Positions 38,834-50,186 are shown, counted from the stretch's first letter. The stretch: DNA of 64,000 nt from Patescibacteria group bacterium (GCA_041674765.1 JBAYVE010000001.1:70177-134176); one strand, 5' to 3'. Translations and numbers: made by a program. The notes: a model not told the origin generated them from the sequence alone.

Positions 38834-40465
38834 ATGGAATTAATGCGATTGCTAGAGCTCAAATTTATAAAACATTTCACTGAGGAATTTCCTAAAGCTA
38901 ATATTTATTTGGTTGGAGGTGCTATCCGGGATTTTTTTTTGAATCGCGAAACCAATGACTTTGATTTTGTGTCCGAGGGAATCTCTGCAGAGGAACTAGA
39001 ACAATTTCTGGAAAAAGAGGGAACCGTCGTCGGTGTGGAAGGAAGGAGTTTTGGGGTGTTTAAATTTAAACCATTTATTTGTCATTCCAGACTCGATCTG
39101 GAATCCAGAAAGGAATTGGATCCCCGGATACCATTCTCAAGCAAGATCGCTGGTTCCGAGGATGACACTATTAAAAAGAGCAATGAAACAATTGAACAAT
39201 TGAAAAATGGCTCTTGCCCCTCCATCGACATTGCTTTGCCTAGAAGAGAGGAATATTTGGTTGGGGGTCGGCGGAAAAATGCAGAAGTTCTGCATGAGAA
39301 CGTCTCAATAATTGATGATCTGGCGAGACGGGATTTTACGATCAATGCGATGGCAGTCGATTTGAGACAAATCGGCAAGTCAAAAGATTTCTACTTTAAG
39401 CTTTCAGCTCTAAACTTGAATTTAATTGATCCTTTTGATGGCTTAAGTGATCTCAAGAACAAAATTATTCGTGCTGTTGGTAGCCCTTCTGACCGGTTTC
39501 AAGAAGATCCGACACGGATACTTAGAGGAATCAGGTTTGCTGCTCAATTTGGCCTTACAGTCGAAACTGAGACGTTTCTAACCATGCAAAAGTTAGCCTT
39601 TGAAGTCACGAAGAAGTTCAAAGATGTACAGGGTAGGGAAGTTGAGAGGGTATCATTTGAGGTGATCGGCCAAGAGTTTTTAAAAACTATGGGGGCGGAT
39701 CCCCTCCGCGCGTTGGAATGTTATGATGAAACGGGATTACTTAAAATACTATTTCCCGAGGTGTTTGCTATGAAAGGGGTAGAACAACCGCCAGAGTTTC
39801 ACTCTGAGGGCGATGTTTTTACTCATACGAGATTGGCATTGCAAGCCTTACCGCACGATGCTTCTTTGAGAGTGAAATTAGCTGTGCTTTTTCATGATAT
39901 TGGCAAAGTCGATACATTTACTCCGGTATCAGTCACAGGCGATCGTATCAGATTCAACGATCATGATAGGATCGGCGCTGAGAAGGCGAAGGAGATTCTT
40001 CACCGGTTGAAATTACCCAAAAGGATGATCGACGATGTCTACTGGCTCATAAAAAATCATATGCGGCTACCCTTTGCCTTTCCGCGAATGAAACTAGATA
40101 AACAAAAGGCCTTTGTGCGCGAACCTCTTTTTGATGATTTGATTACTCTGGTTTGCGCTGATGCCCAAGCGAGTTTTTATCCTGACGGAAAACAAAATGA
40201 TTGTTCTTTTCTCGCCCCTGTTAGACAAATTCAAGAAATGGTGAAGAGGGAAATAGCGAGTGGCAAGCCGGTTGAGATCATCAATGGAAGGGAGATAATC
40301 CAGATTTTAAAAACCGTCCGGCCGGGGTTTGATCCGGAAAAACAGGGTAGACTAGTGGGGGCTATTAAAAAAAAGATAAATTCTATGTATGATAGGAATG
40401 AGATAAGGAGTAAGGACGAGGCAAGACATTTGGTCTCTATTTATCCATTTAGAAAACATAAATAA
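38834..40465 (+). CDS. cca: CCA-adding tRNA nucleotidyltransferase / poly(A) polymerase family with HD phosphohydrolase domain
   Basis: N-terminal NIYLVGGAIRDFFLNRETNDFDFV (Pol-beta head) and HD motif VLFHDIGK. 543 aa with insertions. Confidence 0.75.
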   Translation: MELMRLLELKFIKHFTEEFPKANIYLVGGAIRDFFLNRETNDFDFVSEGISAEELEQFLEKEGTVVGVEGRSFGVFKFKPFICHSRLDLESRKELDPRIPFSSKIAGSEDDTIKKSNETIEQLKNGSCPSIDIALPRREEYLVGGRRKNAEVLHENVSIIDDLARRDFTINAMAVDLRQIGKSKDFYFKLSALNLNLIDPFDGLSDLKNKIIRAVGSPSDRFQEDPTRILRGIRFAAQFGLTVETETFLTMQKLAFEVTKKFKDVQGREVERVSFEVIGQEFLKTMGADPLRALECYDETGLLKILFPEVFAMKGVEQPPEFHSEGDVFTHTRLALQALPHDASLRVKLAVLFHDIGKVDTFTPVSVTGDRIRFNDHDRIGAEKAKEILHRLKLPKRMIDDVYWLIKNHMRLPFAFPRMKLDKQKAFVREPLFDDLITLVCADAQASFYPDGKQNDCSFLAPVRQIQEMVKREIASGKPVEIINGREIIQILKTVRPGFDPEKQGRLVGAIKKKINSMYDRNEIRSKDEARHLVSIYPFRKHK

Positions 40466-40489
40466 GTTTATTCATGAGTCTTTTAAATT

Positions 40490-42379
40490 ATGAAAATCAA
40501 AATTAGTCTAAAATCGATCAATAAACTTAAAGCAGGCGATAAAAGAGCGCTTAAATTAGTAATTCTTTGCTTGGCCGCAATCTTCTGTCTGGCCTTAGTT
40601 TCATTTGGGATTTACTCCCTATCATATTCCAACAAAGTCTATGCCCGCCAATACATCGGTGAAACCTCCTTCGGTGGCAAATCAAAGGCAGAGTCTAGAA
40701 TAATGATTGAAGAGAAAATCGCTGATTTTTCGAAACGGCCGATTGTTCTTGTAAACGTGGAGGACGGCCAGAAATTCGAGATTAATCCGACAGAGATAGG
40801 CTTAAATTATAATCTGGATGCAACCCTCGATTTGGTTTGGGGGCAGGGTCGGGGTCATATTTGGCCAGCTTTTTTGGAACAGCTTCAATCGATCTTTAAA
40901 AAGACTGATCACTCTGCTGTATTCGCCCCGAATAATGAGAGTGCCGTCGCCAAGATCAAGTCGATTGCTGAACAGATTGATCATCCGGAAAAAGATTTTA
41001 AACTTGTGTATAGAGAGGGAGAATTCATCTTAGATAGTGATCGGAGTGAAGGCAAGCGCGTGGATCAGACAAAGATCATCTCACTTTTAAAGCAATCAAT
41101 CGAGAAGTTCGATAACAAAGAAATTGAATTTAAACCCGAGGCTTATAGTCCGTCAATTAGCGAGGAGAAGGCTAAAATTGCTTTGGCGAATGCAAATAAA
41201 ATTGTGGAGGTGGGGGATTTAGTACTGAAGCTCGACAATCAAAATCATATTTTGGACAGGGACTCGATCGGCGGGGTGATCAAGTCTCAAGGAGAAGAAG
41301 ACGACCTTAAAATAGTTTTTGATGAGATGCGAATGAAAAAATTCGTCGAGACTTTGGCAAGGGGAATTGATGTTGAGCCAAATAATGCCAAGCTCACTGT
41401 CAAAGATGGCAAGGTTGTCGTTTTTCAAATTTCGAGAGCAGGTAAAGTTTTGCTTCAAAAACAGGTTATTGCTGACATTCAGACCGCTTTATTAGCAAGA
41501 ATTAGTTCCGAGGAAAACTTGCCGGTCAATTTGGCAGTCGATACCAAAAAACCTGAAGTTTCGGATAGCGATATCGAAACATATGGAATCAAAGAACTAG
41601 TTGGGACAGCCACCACCGATTTCAAAGGATCAACCACGAGTCGTATCCATAATCTCACTATCGGCACAAATGCAATCACTGGCGTGATCTTGAAACCGGG
41701 TGAGACTTTTTCGACTCTGGCCCACCTTGGAGAGATCGATGCCTCTTCGGGATATCTTCAGGAACTTGTGATCAAAAATGACCAGACTGTTCCTGATTAT
41801 GGCGGTGGCTTGTGTCAGGTTTCATCGACACTTTTTCGAACGGCGCTGAACGCCGGTATGAAAATAACTGAGAGGCAGAATCACTCTTATAGAGTCAGCT
41901 ATTACGAGCCGCCAGTCGGTATGGATGCAACAATTTACGATCCTTCGCCTGACTTTAAATTTGTAAATAATTATGCAACCTATATTTTGATCCAATCGAA
42001 AATCGAGGGGACAAAACTAACCTTTGATTTCTATGGCACCAAGGACGGTCGGCAGGTCAGTGTTTCAACTCCGGAAGTCAAAGATTTTGTCGATCCTCCC
42101 GCTCCGGTCATGGTTGATAGTGATACTTTGCCTACCGGACAGAAAAAGCAGTTACAAAAAGCTCACCAAGGTGCAACAGCTAACTTTGAATACAAAGCGG
42201 TCGCACTCGATGGCACTATTTTGCAGCAGCGAGTTTTTACCTCGAAATATAATGCTATTCCGGAAAAGTGGCTGGTTGGTACAGGCTCTGCCCCGGCGTC
42301 TACCTGTAGCGATGGTACCCAAAATGGAGATGAGACAGGTATCGACTGCGGCGGTAGCTGTCCAAATCAGTGTCAGTAA
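40490..42379 (+). CDS. VanW-family protein with N-terminal TM anchor and C-terminal Cys-rich tail
   Basis: DYGGGLCQVSSTLFRTALNAGMKITERQNHSY matches the VanW core. The C-terminus is CSDGTQNGDETGIDCGGSCPNQCQ. Confidence 0.7.
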   Translation: MKIKISLKSINKLKAGDKRALKLVILCLAAIFCLALVSFGIYSLSYSNKVYARQYIGETSFGGKSKAESRIMIEEKIADFSKRPIVLVNVEDGQKFEINPTEIGLNYNLDATLDLVWGQGRGHIWPAFLEQLQSIFKKTDHSAVFAPNNESAVAKIKSIAEQIDHPEKDFKLVYREGEFILDSDRSEGKRVDQTKIISLLKQSIEKFDNKEIEFKPEAYSPSISEEKAKIALANANKIVEVGDLVLKLDNQNHILDRDSIGGVIKSQGEEDDLKIVFDEMRMKKFVETLARGIDVEPNNAKLTVKDGKVVVFQISRAGKVLLQKQVIADIQTALLARISSEENLPVNLAVDTKKPEVSDSDIETYGIKELVGTATTDFKGSTTSRIHNLTIGTNAITGVILKPGETFSTLAHLGEIDASSGYLQELVIKNDQTVPDYGGGLCQVSSTLFRTALNAGMKITERQNHSYRVSYYEPPVGMDATIYDPSPDFKFVNNYATYILIQSKIEGTKLTFDFYGTKDGRQVSVSTPEVKDFVDPPAPVMVDSDTLPTGQKKQLQKAHQGATANFEYKAVALDGTILQQRVFTSKYNAIPEKWLVGTGSAPASTCSDGTQNGDETGIDCGGSCPNQCQ

Positions 42380-42397
42380 TGATATAATATTTTTACT

Positions 42398-43363
42398 ATG
42401 ATAAAACGAGGGGTGAAAAAAGGTAAATTCCTAGCAGGTCTTACTCGGAGAATGTTTCTTTCAATTCTTATCTTTTTTTTGTTGTTTGTTTCCGGTCTGA
42501 CTATTAAAATAATATTTTTGAACGTATCCGCAAGCGTAGTATTCGCTCCTAAGCTAGGCGAGTGGAAATATAGCGCACCTTTTTACAAGAATAAATCGTG
42601 TACAATTCAACCGGAGGCATTTGAAACTACTCCTAATGATCCCAAAACAGCTGATGACTATATCAGAGCTAATTCTTCTAAATATATTTCCATAACAAAG
42701 ACCAAAGTGGGCGATCAGAGCGGTATATTGGGCCTAAGAAATAAAAATACCACTTTTGTTAATATCTTTAGTATTCAAGGTAAAAGCTTTGAATCCCGTT
42801 ACTACTTACTTTGTGATAGTAGTACAGAGTATGGCGTGGCACATAATGAACTTATGGGCTTTATCAAAAATTCTAAGTTGCCTACTCTCAAGGCAATGGC
42901 AGAGAATGTTTATTCTAGTAGTTATGGGACAACAGCTCCTGCTTCTACTTCAGCAGGGACTACTCCGACAGCTACCTCCGCCACTCCGGCATCATCGCCA
43001 GCCGCAACAACTGGTACAAGCGGTTCATCGAGTAGCAAAGCCTCAGATTGGACAAACGGTGCGCTGGACGCTATACCCGCCGGCAACGGAGCAACCAGTA
43101 TCGGTGTGGCGATTCCCAATACAAAGCAGCCGGCAAATGGCATGTATCAGTTCAAGGATTATGTCAGTGCAATCTATGAATTTTCACTTAAGCTTGGCGC
43201 CGTATTAGCCGTCTTGATGATTGTTTATGCAGGATACAAATATATTAACTCTGCTGGTGACACCACTAAACTTGGAGAAGCCAAGGAGGTCTTAACTGGT
43301 GCTATCTCTGGCTTCGCTATTTTATTGATAATCGGACTCCTTCTTAGATATCTAGTTGGATGA
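42398..43363 (+). CDS. Secreted/membrane protein: N-terminal signal/TM, Ser/Thr/Ala/Pro-rich linker, C-terminal two-helix hairpin (pilin/VirB2-like topology)
   Basis: Low-complexity TTAPASTSAGTTPTATSATPASSPAATTGTSGSSSS, then LKLGAVLAVLMIVYAGYKYI - loop - LTGAISGFAILLIIGLLLRYLVG. Confidence 0.35.
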   Translation: MIKRGVKKGKFLAGLTRRMFLSILIFFLLFVSGLTIKIIFLNVSASVVFAPKLGEWKYSAPFYKNKSCTIQPEAFETTPNDPKTADDYIRANSSKYISITKTKVGDQSGILGLRNKNTTFVNIFSIQGKSFESRYYLLCDSSTEYGVAHNELMGFIKNSKLPTLKAMAENVYSSSYGTTAPASTSAGTTPTATSATPASSPAATTGTSGSSSSKASDWTNGALDAIPAGNGATSIGVAIPNTKQPANGMYQFKDYVSAIYEFSLKLGAVLAVLMIVYAGYKYINSAGDTTKLGEAKEVLTGAISGFAILLIIGLLLRYLVG

Positions 43364-43383
43364 GAAAAAATTGAAGATGATAT

Positions 43384-43416
43384 AAAATACGGACCATTTA
43401 TTGGTCCGTATTTTTG
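43384..43416. terminator. Bidirectional intrinsic terminator (13-bp perfect stem AAATACGGACCA-ttta-TTGGTCCGTATTT)
   Basis: Sits between the convergent genes 42398..43363(+) and pyrG(-), flanked by T/A runs. Confidence 0.7.
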
Positions 43417-43442
43417 AAACTGTTTTTTATTTCATTAATTGA

Positions 43443-45107
43443 TTATTCTCCAGCAGCTTTGATGAATGCCATGAAAAGAGGATGAGGGCGCTCAGGACGG
43501 GAGAGAAATTCTGGATGAAATTGAACTCCTGCGAAGAAAGGGTGGTCTTTTGCTTCTATGATCTCAACTAAATTGCGGTCGGGATTAATGCCGGAAAGCC
43601 GGAGTCCTGCTTCCTCCAATTGAATTTTATAATTATTGTTGAATTCATAACGATGACGATGACGTTCGTAGATGGTAACTGATTGTTTATCACTTTTTGC
43701 GAGCAGCTCCTTTGGCCAGTAAGCCCTATATGCGTCATAAGAAATTGATCCTTTTTGTAATTTACAAGCGTATTCACCGAGACGCATTGAACCGCCGAAA
43801 TCTTTTCTTTTTAGTTTCTCTTTTTGCTCAGCCATAATATGAATAACAGGGTTCACTGCATGAGGGTCGATTTCCTCAGTGTTTGCGTCTTTTATTCCAC
43901 AAACGTTCCTAGCAAACTCAATGGTTGCAATCTGCATACCATAGCAAAGGCCGAAATAGGGAATTTTATGTTCCCGGCAATATTTAGCAACAGCGATTTT
44001 TCCTTCAATTCCGCGAGAGCCAAAACCTCCCGGAACGATGACTCCATCGAGAGTATCCAGCTCTTTCAATTTTTTCGGGCTAATTTCATATTCAGTCGAG
44101 GAAAGCCAAACCAACTCTGGCTTGAAACCCTGGGTCCAAGCGGCATGTTTTACAGCTTCAATGACTGAAATATATGAGTCTGATAGAACATAATTGCCGG
44201 TTTCAAAGTATTTACCGATGATGCCGATCCTTATCGGTTTGTCAGCGTTTTTTGATTTATCGACAAATTTGCGCCAATTTACAAGATCTTTCTGTCGAGG
44301 CTTTAGGTGTAACTTTTTCAGAACTTTCTCCCCCAATTTTTCGTCTTCGAATCGGACAGGAATATCATAAATTGAGTCAACATCCGGCGCCGAAATAGCG
44401 TTTGCCGGTTCTATCGAACAGAGCATGGCGAGCTTCTCCCGGCGTTTGTTATCGATCGGATGCTCGCTTCTGCAAAGAATAAAATCGGCCTGAATCCCGC
44501 TCGAATTTAATGTTCTAGACGCATATTGAGTAGGTTTGGTCTTCATCTCCCCGATCTTCGAGGGTATAGGAAGGTATGATACCAGGACGAATATAACATC
44601 TTTGGGGTACTTTAACTTCATCATTCGAGCTGCTTCAAGAAAGAGGATATTCTGATATTCGCCGACAGTTCCGCCGATCTCGAAGAGAGTGATTTCTGCG
44701 CCGGTTTGTTTGGTTGCGGCCATTATCCGGCGAATTATTTCATTTGGGATATCTGGTACAACTTCGACGTTCTTGCCGCCGTATTCCAGATTTCTCTCCT
44801 TCGTGATAACGGTCTGGTAGATCCGACCCGTGGTCATATAATTCATTTTTGTCAGGTCTTCATTTAGAAATCGCTCGTAGTTGCCGAGGTCCTGATCCGT
44901 CTCGTCGCCGTCTTTTGTTACAAATACCTCGCCATGCTCGGTCGGATTCATGGTGCCAGCATCAATATTGATATAAGGGTCGGCCTTAAGAGCTGTGACT
45001 TTGAATCCTTTTGACTTCAAAATAGCACCGATCGAAGCTGCCGCTACGCCTTTGCCTACGCCCGACATTACACCGCCGACAACGAAAATGAATTTATTGC
45101 GTGCCAT
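43443..45107 (-). CDS. pyrG: CTP synthase
   Basis: MARNKFIFVVGGVMSGVGKGVAAASIGAILK N-terminus and glutamine-amidotransferase motif GLCYGMQ. 554 aa. Confidence 0.9.
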   Translation of the reverse strand: MARNKFIFVVGGVMSGVGKGVAAASIGAILKSKGFKVTALKADPYINIDAGTMNPTEHGEVFVTKDGDETDQDLGNYERFLNEDLTKMNYMTTGRIYQTVITKERNLEYGGKNVEVVPDIPNEIIRRIMAATKQTGAEITLFEIGGTVGEYQNILFLEAARMMKLKYPKDVIFVLVSYLPIPSKIGEMKTKPTQYASRTLNSSGIQADFILCRSEHPIDNKRREKLAMLCSIEPANAISAPDVDSIYDIPVRFEDEKLGEKVLKKLHLKPRQKDLVNWRKFVDKSKNADKPIRIGIIGKYFETGNYVLSDSYISVIEAVKHAAWTQGFKPELVWLSSTEYEISPKKLKELDTLDGVIVPGGFGSRGIEGKIAVAKYCREHKIPYFGLCYGMQIATIEFARNVCGIKDANTEEIDPHAVNPVIHIMAEQKEKLKRKDFGGSMRLGEYACKLQKGSISYDAYRAYWPKELLAKSDKQSVTIYERHRHRYEFNNNYKIQLEEAGLRLSGINPDRNLVEIIEAKDHPFFAGVQFHPEFLSRPERPHPLFMAFIKAAGE

Positions 45108-45296
45108 CTCCCAAACCCTCCAAAATATAAATGTATAGCTATTTTCTGCTCATTACAAACGAAAAAACTCCGTGAGACCTATTTTTATTGGGAGTTTTTT
45201 TTGAGATTCTATATTTTTGTTTTACTAAGTATAAATGAAGAAACAATATCTTGGCAAGTTGTTGATAACCAAGCGATCTTCCAATATATTAAGGGT

Positions 45297-45938
45297 ATGG
45301 ATTCGATAAATAGAAAATTAATCAGGAAAACCCAAAAATTTGCCTACCTTTTGCAATTGTTGCCTTTTATTCGTCTGGTTATACTAAACGGATCTCTCGC
45401 CCAGCTGGAGGCACGGGAAGGTTCTGATATTGATCTTTTGATCATTGCAAAGCACGGTCGTATTTTCACGGTCCGCTTTCTTGTGAATTTATTCGGGATT
45501 GTCAGTCTGCAAAAGAGGCCTAGGGACGAAAATAAAAATCACTTTGGCAAATTTTGTTTCAACTATTTTATGAGCGATTCATTCCTCAAAATCGGCGTTG
45601 CTCCCGGTCGTGCAGAATATTGCCGTCAGAATTATAGTAAGAGTATTCGAGTTTTCGGTGACAAAAAATTGTTTGATCGTTTTTTGAGGGAAAACAAACT
45701 GCCAGGGGCGGGAGATAAAAAGTTAAAGGGTATATTTCCAGTTCAAGTAAATATTCTTTTCCGATGGAAGGGCCACCTGTTAGAATTTCTGTTATCCGGT
45801 TTGATTGGTGACAAGGTAGAAGAAACGCTCAGAAGAATTCAAGTTGCCAAAATTATGGCTGATCCTATCACAAATAAATATAAAGAATACATCGTCTATA
45901 ACGAAAATGAACTCAGATTTCATCCGCCAAAATTTTAG
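45297..45938 (+). CDS. Pol-beta-superfamily nucleotidyltransferase domain protein
   Basis: LNGSLAQLEAREGSDIDLLII (GS...DhD motif). An internal ATG at 45297 with an AAGGG RBS is preferred; the listed ORF starts at 45201. Confidence 0.5.
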   Translation: MDSINRKLIRKTQKFAYLLQLLPFIRLVILNGSLAQLEAREGSDIDLLIIAKHGRIFTVRFLVNLFGIVSLQKRPRDENKNHFGKFCFNYFMSDSFLKIGVAPGRAEYCRQNYSKSIRVFGDKKLFDRFLRENKLPGAGDKKLKGIFPVQVNILFRWKGHLLEFLLSGLIGDKVEETLRRIQVAKIMADPITNKYKEYIVYNENELRFHPPKF

Positions 45939-46043
45939 AATTGAAGGTTCCTACAAAAACCACTTTAAATAAGTTGACACAGATGGTAGTTTATGTCGAA
46001 TAAAGTCTCAAGACGAGACAACTTTTTTTGGGGGTGGCAAGCG

Positions 46044-46274
46044 ATGAATAACGGTGAGTTGGTGTGGGGCGATCACGAAATGGGGTACCAGCTTCAGTTC
46101 ATTGTGACAGAAGAGGGCGGAAGAAAACTTCTCAAGCCGACTGGCAGAATCCGCTGTCAGCACAACGGGAACGTTTATAACGCCTTAACTGGCCAATATG
46201 AATCCGACCGCCCTGACGTACAGCGTACGTCGGGGCTCTTTTTGTGCTTGACTTTGGCCTTGGTTTTGGGCTAG
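46044..46274 (+). CDS. Small hypothetical protein (76 aa) in a locally GC-rich segment
   Basis: ATG at 46044 preceded by GGGGGTGG. Followed by its own hairpin terminator. No motif recognised. Confidence 0.3.
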   Translation: MNNGELVWGDHEMGYQLQFIVTEEGGRKLLKPTGRIRCQHNGNVYNALTGQYESDRPDVQRTSGLFLCLTLALVLG

Positions 46275-46284
46275 AATGTATTGG

Positions 46285-46327
46285 TGGCGATGCTGGTTCC
46301 CCCTTACAGTGTCGCCATATTTTTATT
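46285..46327 (+). terminator. Hairpin (TGGCGA...TCGCCA) followed by a T-run
   Basis: ggtggcgatgctggttcccccttacagtgtcgccatatttttattt. Confidence 0.5.
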
Positions 46328-46416
46328 TAATACGAATAACGAATTTACAATTATTATCAAAAGCCGATAGGTGACAAATTTGTAAATATTTTCTTTGTTA
46401 TTGGTTTGAAATCTAT

Positions 46417-46445
46417 TGACAAAATGTAAAGTAGACTTTACAATT
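46417..46445 (+). promoter_or_regulatory. groESL promoter: TTGACA - 17 nt - TACAAT with palindrome TGTAAAGT-aga-ACTTTACA overlapping spacer and -10
   Basis: Seen in sequence: ttgacaaaatgtaaagtagactttacaat. No canonical CIRCE (TTAGCACTC-N9-GAGTGCTAA) is present. Confidence 0.55.
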
Positions 46446-46550
46446 CCTAATAGATTAACGCTAAATGCTAAAAGAAACGAAATAACTAAAATCGTGAATC
46501 TTTCGTTGTTTAGTTTCTTTTCGTTTTTAGCATTTATGAAAGGAGTTATT

Positions 46551-46829
46551 ATGTTTCAGCCACTCGGAGATCGAGTATTGGTCAAGCCGCTTCCAGCAGA
46601 GGAAGTCAGATCTTCCGGTATTGTCATTCCGGACACAGCCAAGGAAAAACCCTCAGAGGGAAAAGTCGTAGCCTTGGGTGATGGTAATGTTGGGAAAGAA
46701 AAGAAGCATCTTTTTTCTGTCAAAGTTGGGGACAAAGTTCTCTATGATTCATGGGCAAAGGAGATCAAAGTTGACAGTCAAGAGTATAGGATCATGAAGG
46801 AAGAAGACATTCTAGGAATCTTGAAATAG
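46551..46829 (+). CDS. groES: Co-chaperonin GroES (Hsp10)
   Basis: MFQPLGDRVLVKPLPAEE...GIVIPDTAKEKP...VGDKVLY. In-frame ATG at 46551 with AAAGGAG 7 nt upstream. The listed ORF begins at an upstream alternative start. Confidence 0.9.
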   Translation: MFQPLGDRVLVKPLPAEEVRSSGIVIPDTAKEKPSEGKVVALGDGNVGKEKKHLFSVKVGDKVLYDSWAKEIKVDSQEYRIMKEEDILGILK

Positions 46830-46908
46830 ATTAAGTGGTTTATAAAGTAACAAGTTTTTTAAAGTTCATAAAGAATACTTGATAAACTTTTGACTTTAGA
46901 AACTTTAA

Positions 46909-48567
<1,659 letters not shown>

Positions 48568-48576
48568 ACATCAAAC

Positions 48577-48612
48577 AAAAAAGAGGCCAAATAACCGGCC
48601 TCTTTTTTGTTT
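48577..48612 (+). terminator. Intrinsic terminator after groEL (AAAAGAGGCC-aaataacc-GGCCTCTTTTTTG)
   Basis: Perfect GC-containing stem followed by a T-run. Confidence 0.75.
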
Positions 48613-48667
48613 GGGAATTTCTAATTTCTTATTACCATGATTTTTAGATTGATTAGTAATCGTTTAT

Positions 48668-49189
48668 CTAACCTGCTGCTATCTCTACTGCCGGTGCTTC
48701 AGTTTTAATTTTAGTCAAGTTATCCCTGACAATTATTTTTTTGCCATTTATCTCAACTATTTTTGAAATCGGTATAATTCTTTCTTTTAGCAAACTTTTA
48801 ACATAAATTTTGGTCCAGGCCAGAGTCTGACTTTCTATTAGGTAATCGGATACAGTGCCGATTGGATTGCCGTTTTCCGTTATCACTTTCTGGCCGACCC
48901 CAAAATTTTTATCCTCAATCAGCCTTTTGATTCTCGGCAAGTCGTCTATCTCTTCGATACTCCTGCTATCTTTGATTAGCACTCCGTCCTTTAGAATGTG
49001 AACAATCTCAACAAAAGGAATTATTTTGTAACGAGTGCTAAAAAACCCCGAACGTTTAATAGCTATTGCTGCTATTTTGAGCTCATCAGGGCTTATAATG
49101 ATATCCTCGACAAATCCGATCCGAGATTGATCTGATAGTTCAAAGATAGGGAAGCCAATTATTTTTGAGTAAGTTAGTAACATATTCAA
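48668..49189 (-). CDS. PRC-barrel-like tandem-domain protein (hypothetical)
   Basis: Two ~80-aa repeats with a G-rich turn (GFPIFELSD..., NFGVGQKVITENGNPIGTVSD), reminiscent of PRC-barrel/YlmC-type domains. Low certainty. Confidence 0.35.
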   Translation of the reverse strand: MNMLLTYSKIIGFPIFELSDQSRIGFVEDIIISPDELKIAAIAIKRSGFFSTRYKIIPFVEIVHILKDGVLIKDSRSIEEIDDLPRIKRLIEDKNFGVGQKVITENGNPIGTVSDYLIESQTLAWTKIYVKSLLKERIIPISKIVEINGKKIIVRDNLTKIKTEAPAVEIAAG

Positions 49190-49309
49190 ATAATAACTAA
49201 AAGAAGGTAAAGAATAAACAGCTAAAACTTTAAAAAAGATAAAGCATAATGTCTATACTCTAAAAATGGTTCACAGACTTATCCGAAAATCTCTGGCTTT
49301 ATCGGTTGA

Positions 49310-49867
49310 CTACGCTCTTTCTACGTAGCTTCCAACACGAATATCGACAACAATGAAGTCGTCTTCCTTAATAAACACCGGTGCGTCAACGACAGCGCCA
49401 GTTTCCAAGGTTACTTTCTTGGTAACAGCGCTGGCGGTATTGCCCTTAATTGCCGGAGGAGCAGAGGTAACTTTAAATTTCATTTTGATTGGCAGTTCGA
49501 TATTCAGAGGATCGCTTCCATAGTAGAGAATATCAACATTTGAATTTTCAACAAGCCATTGCTTTTGATCACCAATTTTTGATAAAGGCAGAGTAAACTG
49601 ATCATATGTCTCGTTGTCCATAAAAAAGGCATCTTTCTCGTCGGAATAGAGATATACAGCGCTTTTCTTGCTTAGATCTGCTTCACCTACTTTATCAGCC
49701 CCTTGGAACGTTTTATCAATTGTGGAACCTGTCCGGAGGTTCTTAATCTTGGTTTTGACGACAGCACCGCCCCGTCCCATTTTTGAATGAGAATAGGAGA
49801 CAACCATATACGGATCGCCTTCCATAGTAAATTTAGTACCGGTTTTTAGATCAGTAATCGAAAGCAC
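49310..49867 (-). CDS. efp: Translation elongation factor P
   Basis: DLKTGTKFTMEGDPYMVVSYSHSKMGRGGAVVKTKIKNLRTGS is the EF-P KOW-domain signature. GTG start with AAAGGAG upstream. Confidence 0.9.
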   Translation of the reverse strand: MLSITDLKTGTKFTMEGDPYMVVSYSHSKMGRGGAVVKTKIKNLRTGSTIDKTFQGADKVGEADLSKKSAVYLYSDEKDAFFMDNETYDQFTLPLSKIGDQKQWLVENSNVDILYYGSDPLNIELPIKMKFKVTSAPPAIKGNTASAVTKKVTLETGAVVDAPVFIKEDDFIVVDIRVGSYVERA

Positions 49868-49876
49868 TCAGTCTCC

Positions 49877-49960
49877 TTTCCACGCTAATGGCTAATAAGT
49901 CTAATTAAGCTTATACCTTTAATTGGTATAATTAGCCCTTTTCACTATTGGCTTATGTTG
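49877..49960. repeat. Copy 1 of a duplicated ~85-nt upstream leader/promoter element (GCTAATGGCTAATARGNCTAATTAAGCT ... TTTTCRCTATTGGCTT), 5' of efp
   Basis: Direct sequence similarity to 50187..50285. Confidence 0.5.
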
Positions 49961-49966
49961 TTTAAC

Positions 49967-50176
49967 TTATCTTACTGTGAAAGGTAATAGCGCCAAAAAT
50001 CTAGCTCGTTTGATAGCAGTCACTGTCTGACGCTGATGTCTTGCACAGTTGTAATTTTTTGATGCTGGTTGGATTTTGTTCCAGCGGTCAAGATAGCGGG
50101 AGAGAGTAGCGACATCTTTATAGTCGACCTCTTCCATCTTGGCTTTGCAAATTAAACATTTATTTCTTTTTGCCAT
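49967..50176 (-). CDS. rpsR: 30S ribosomal protein S18
   Basis: CLICKAKMEEVDYKDVATLSRYLDRWNKIQPASKNYNCARHQRQTVTAIKRARFLALLPF is the S18 signature. Confidence 0.85.
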   Translation of the reverse strand: MAKRNKCLICKAKMEEVDYKDVATLSRYLDRWNKIQPASKNYNCARHQRQTVTAIKRARFLALLPFTVR

Positions 50177-50186
50177 AAATTTCCTT

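Noticed and set aside
46380-46550. HrcA CIRCE element upstream of groES
   Set aside because: No TTAGCACTC-N9-GAGTGCTAA match was found. Only a different dyad (TGTAAAGT-N3-ACTTTACA) and a long-spaced AAATGCTAAAAG…CTTTTAGCATT-like repeat are present.
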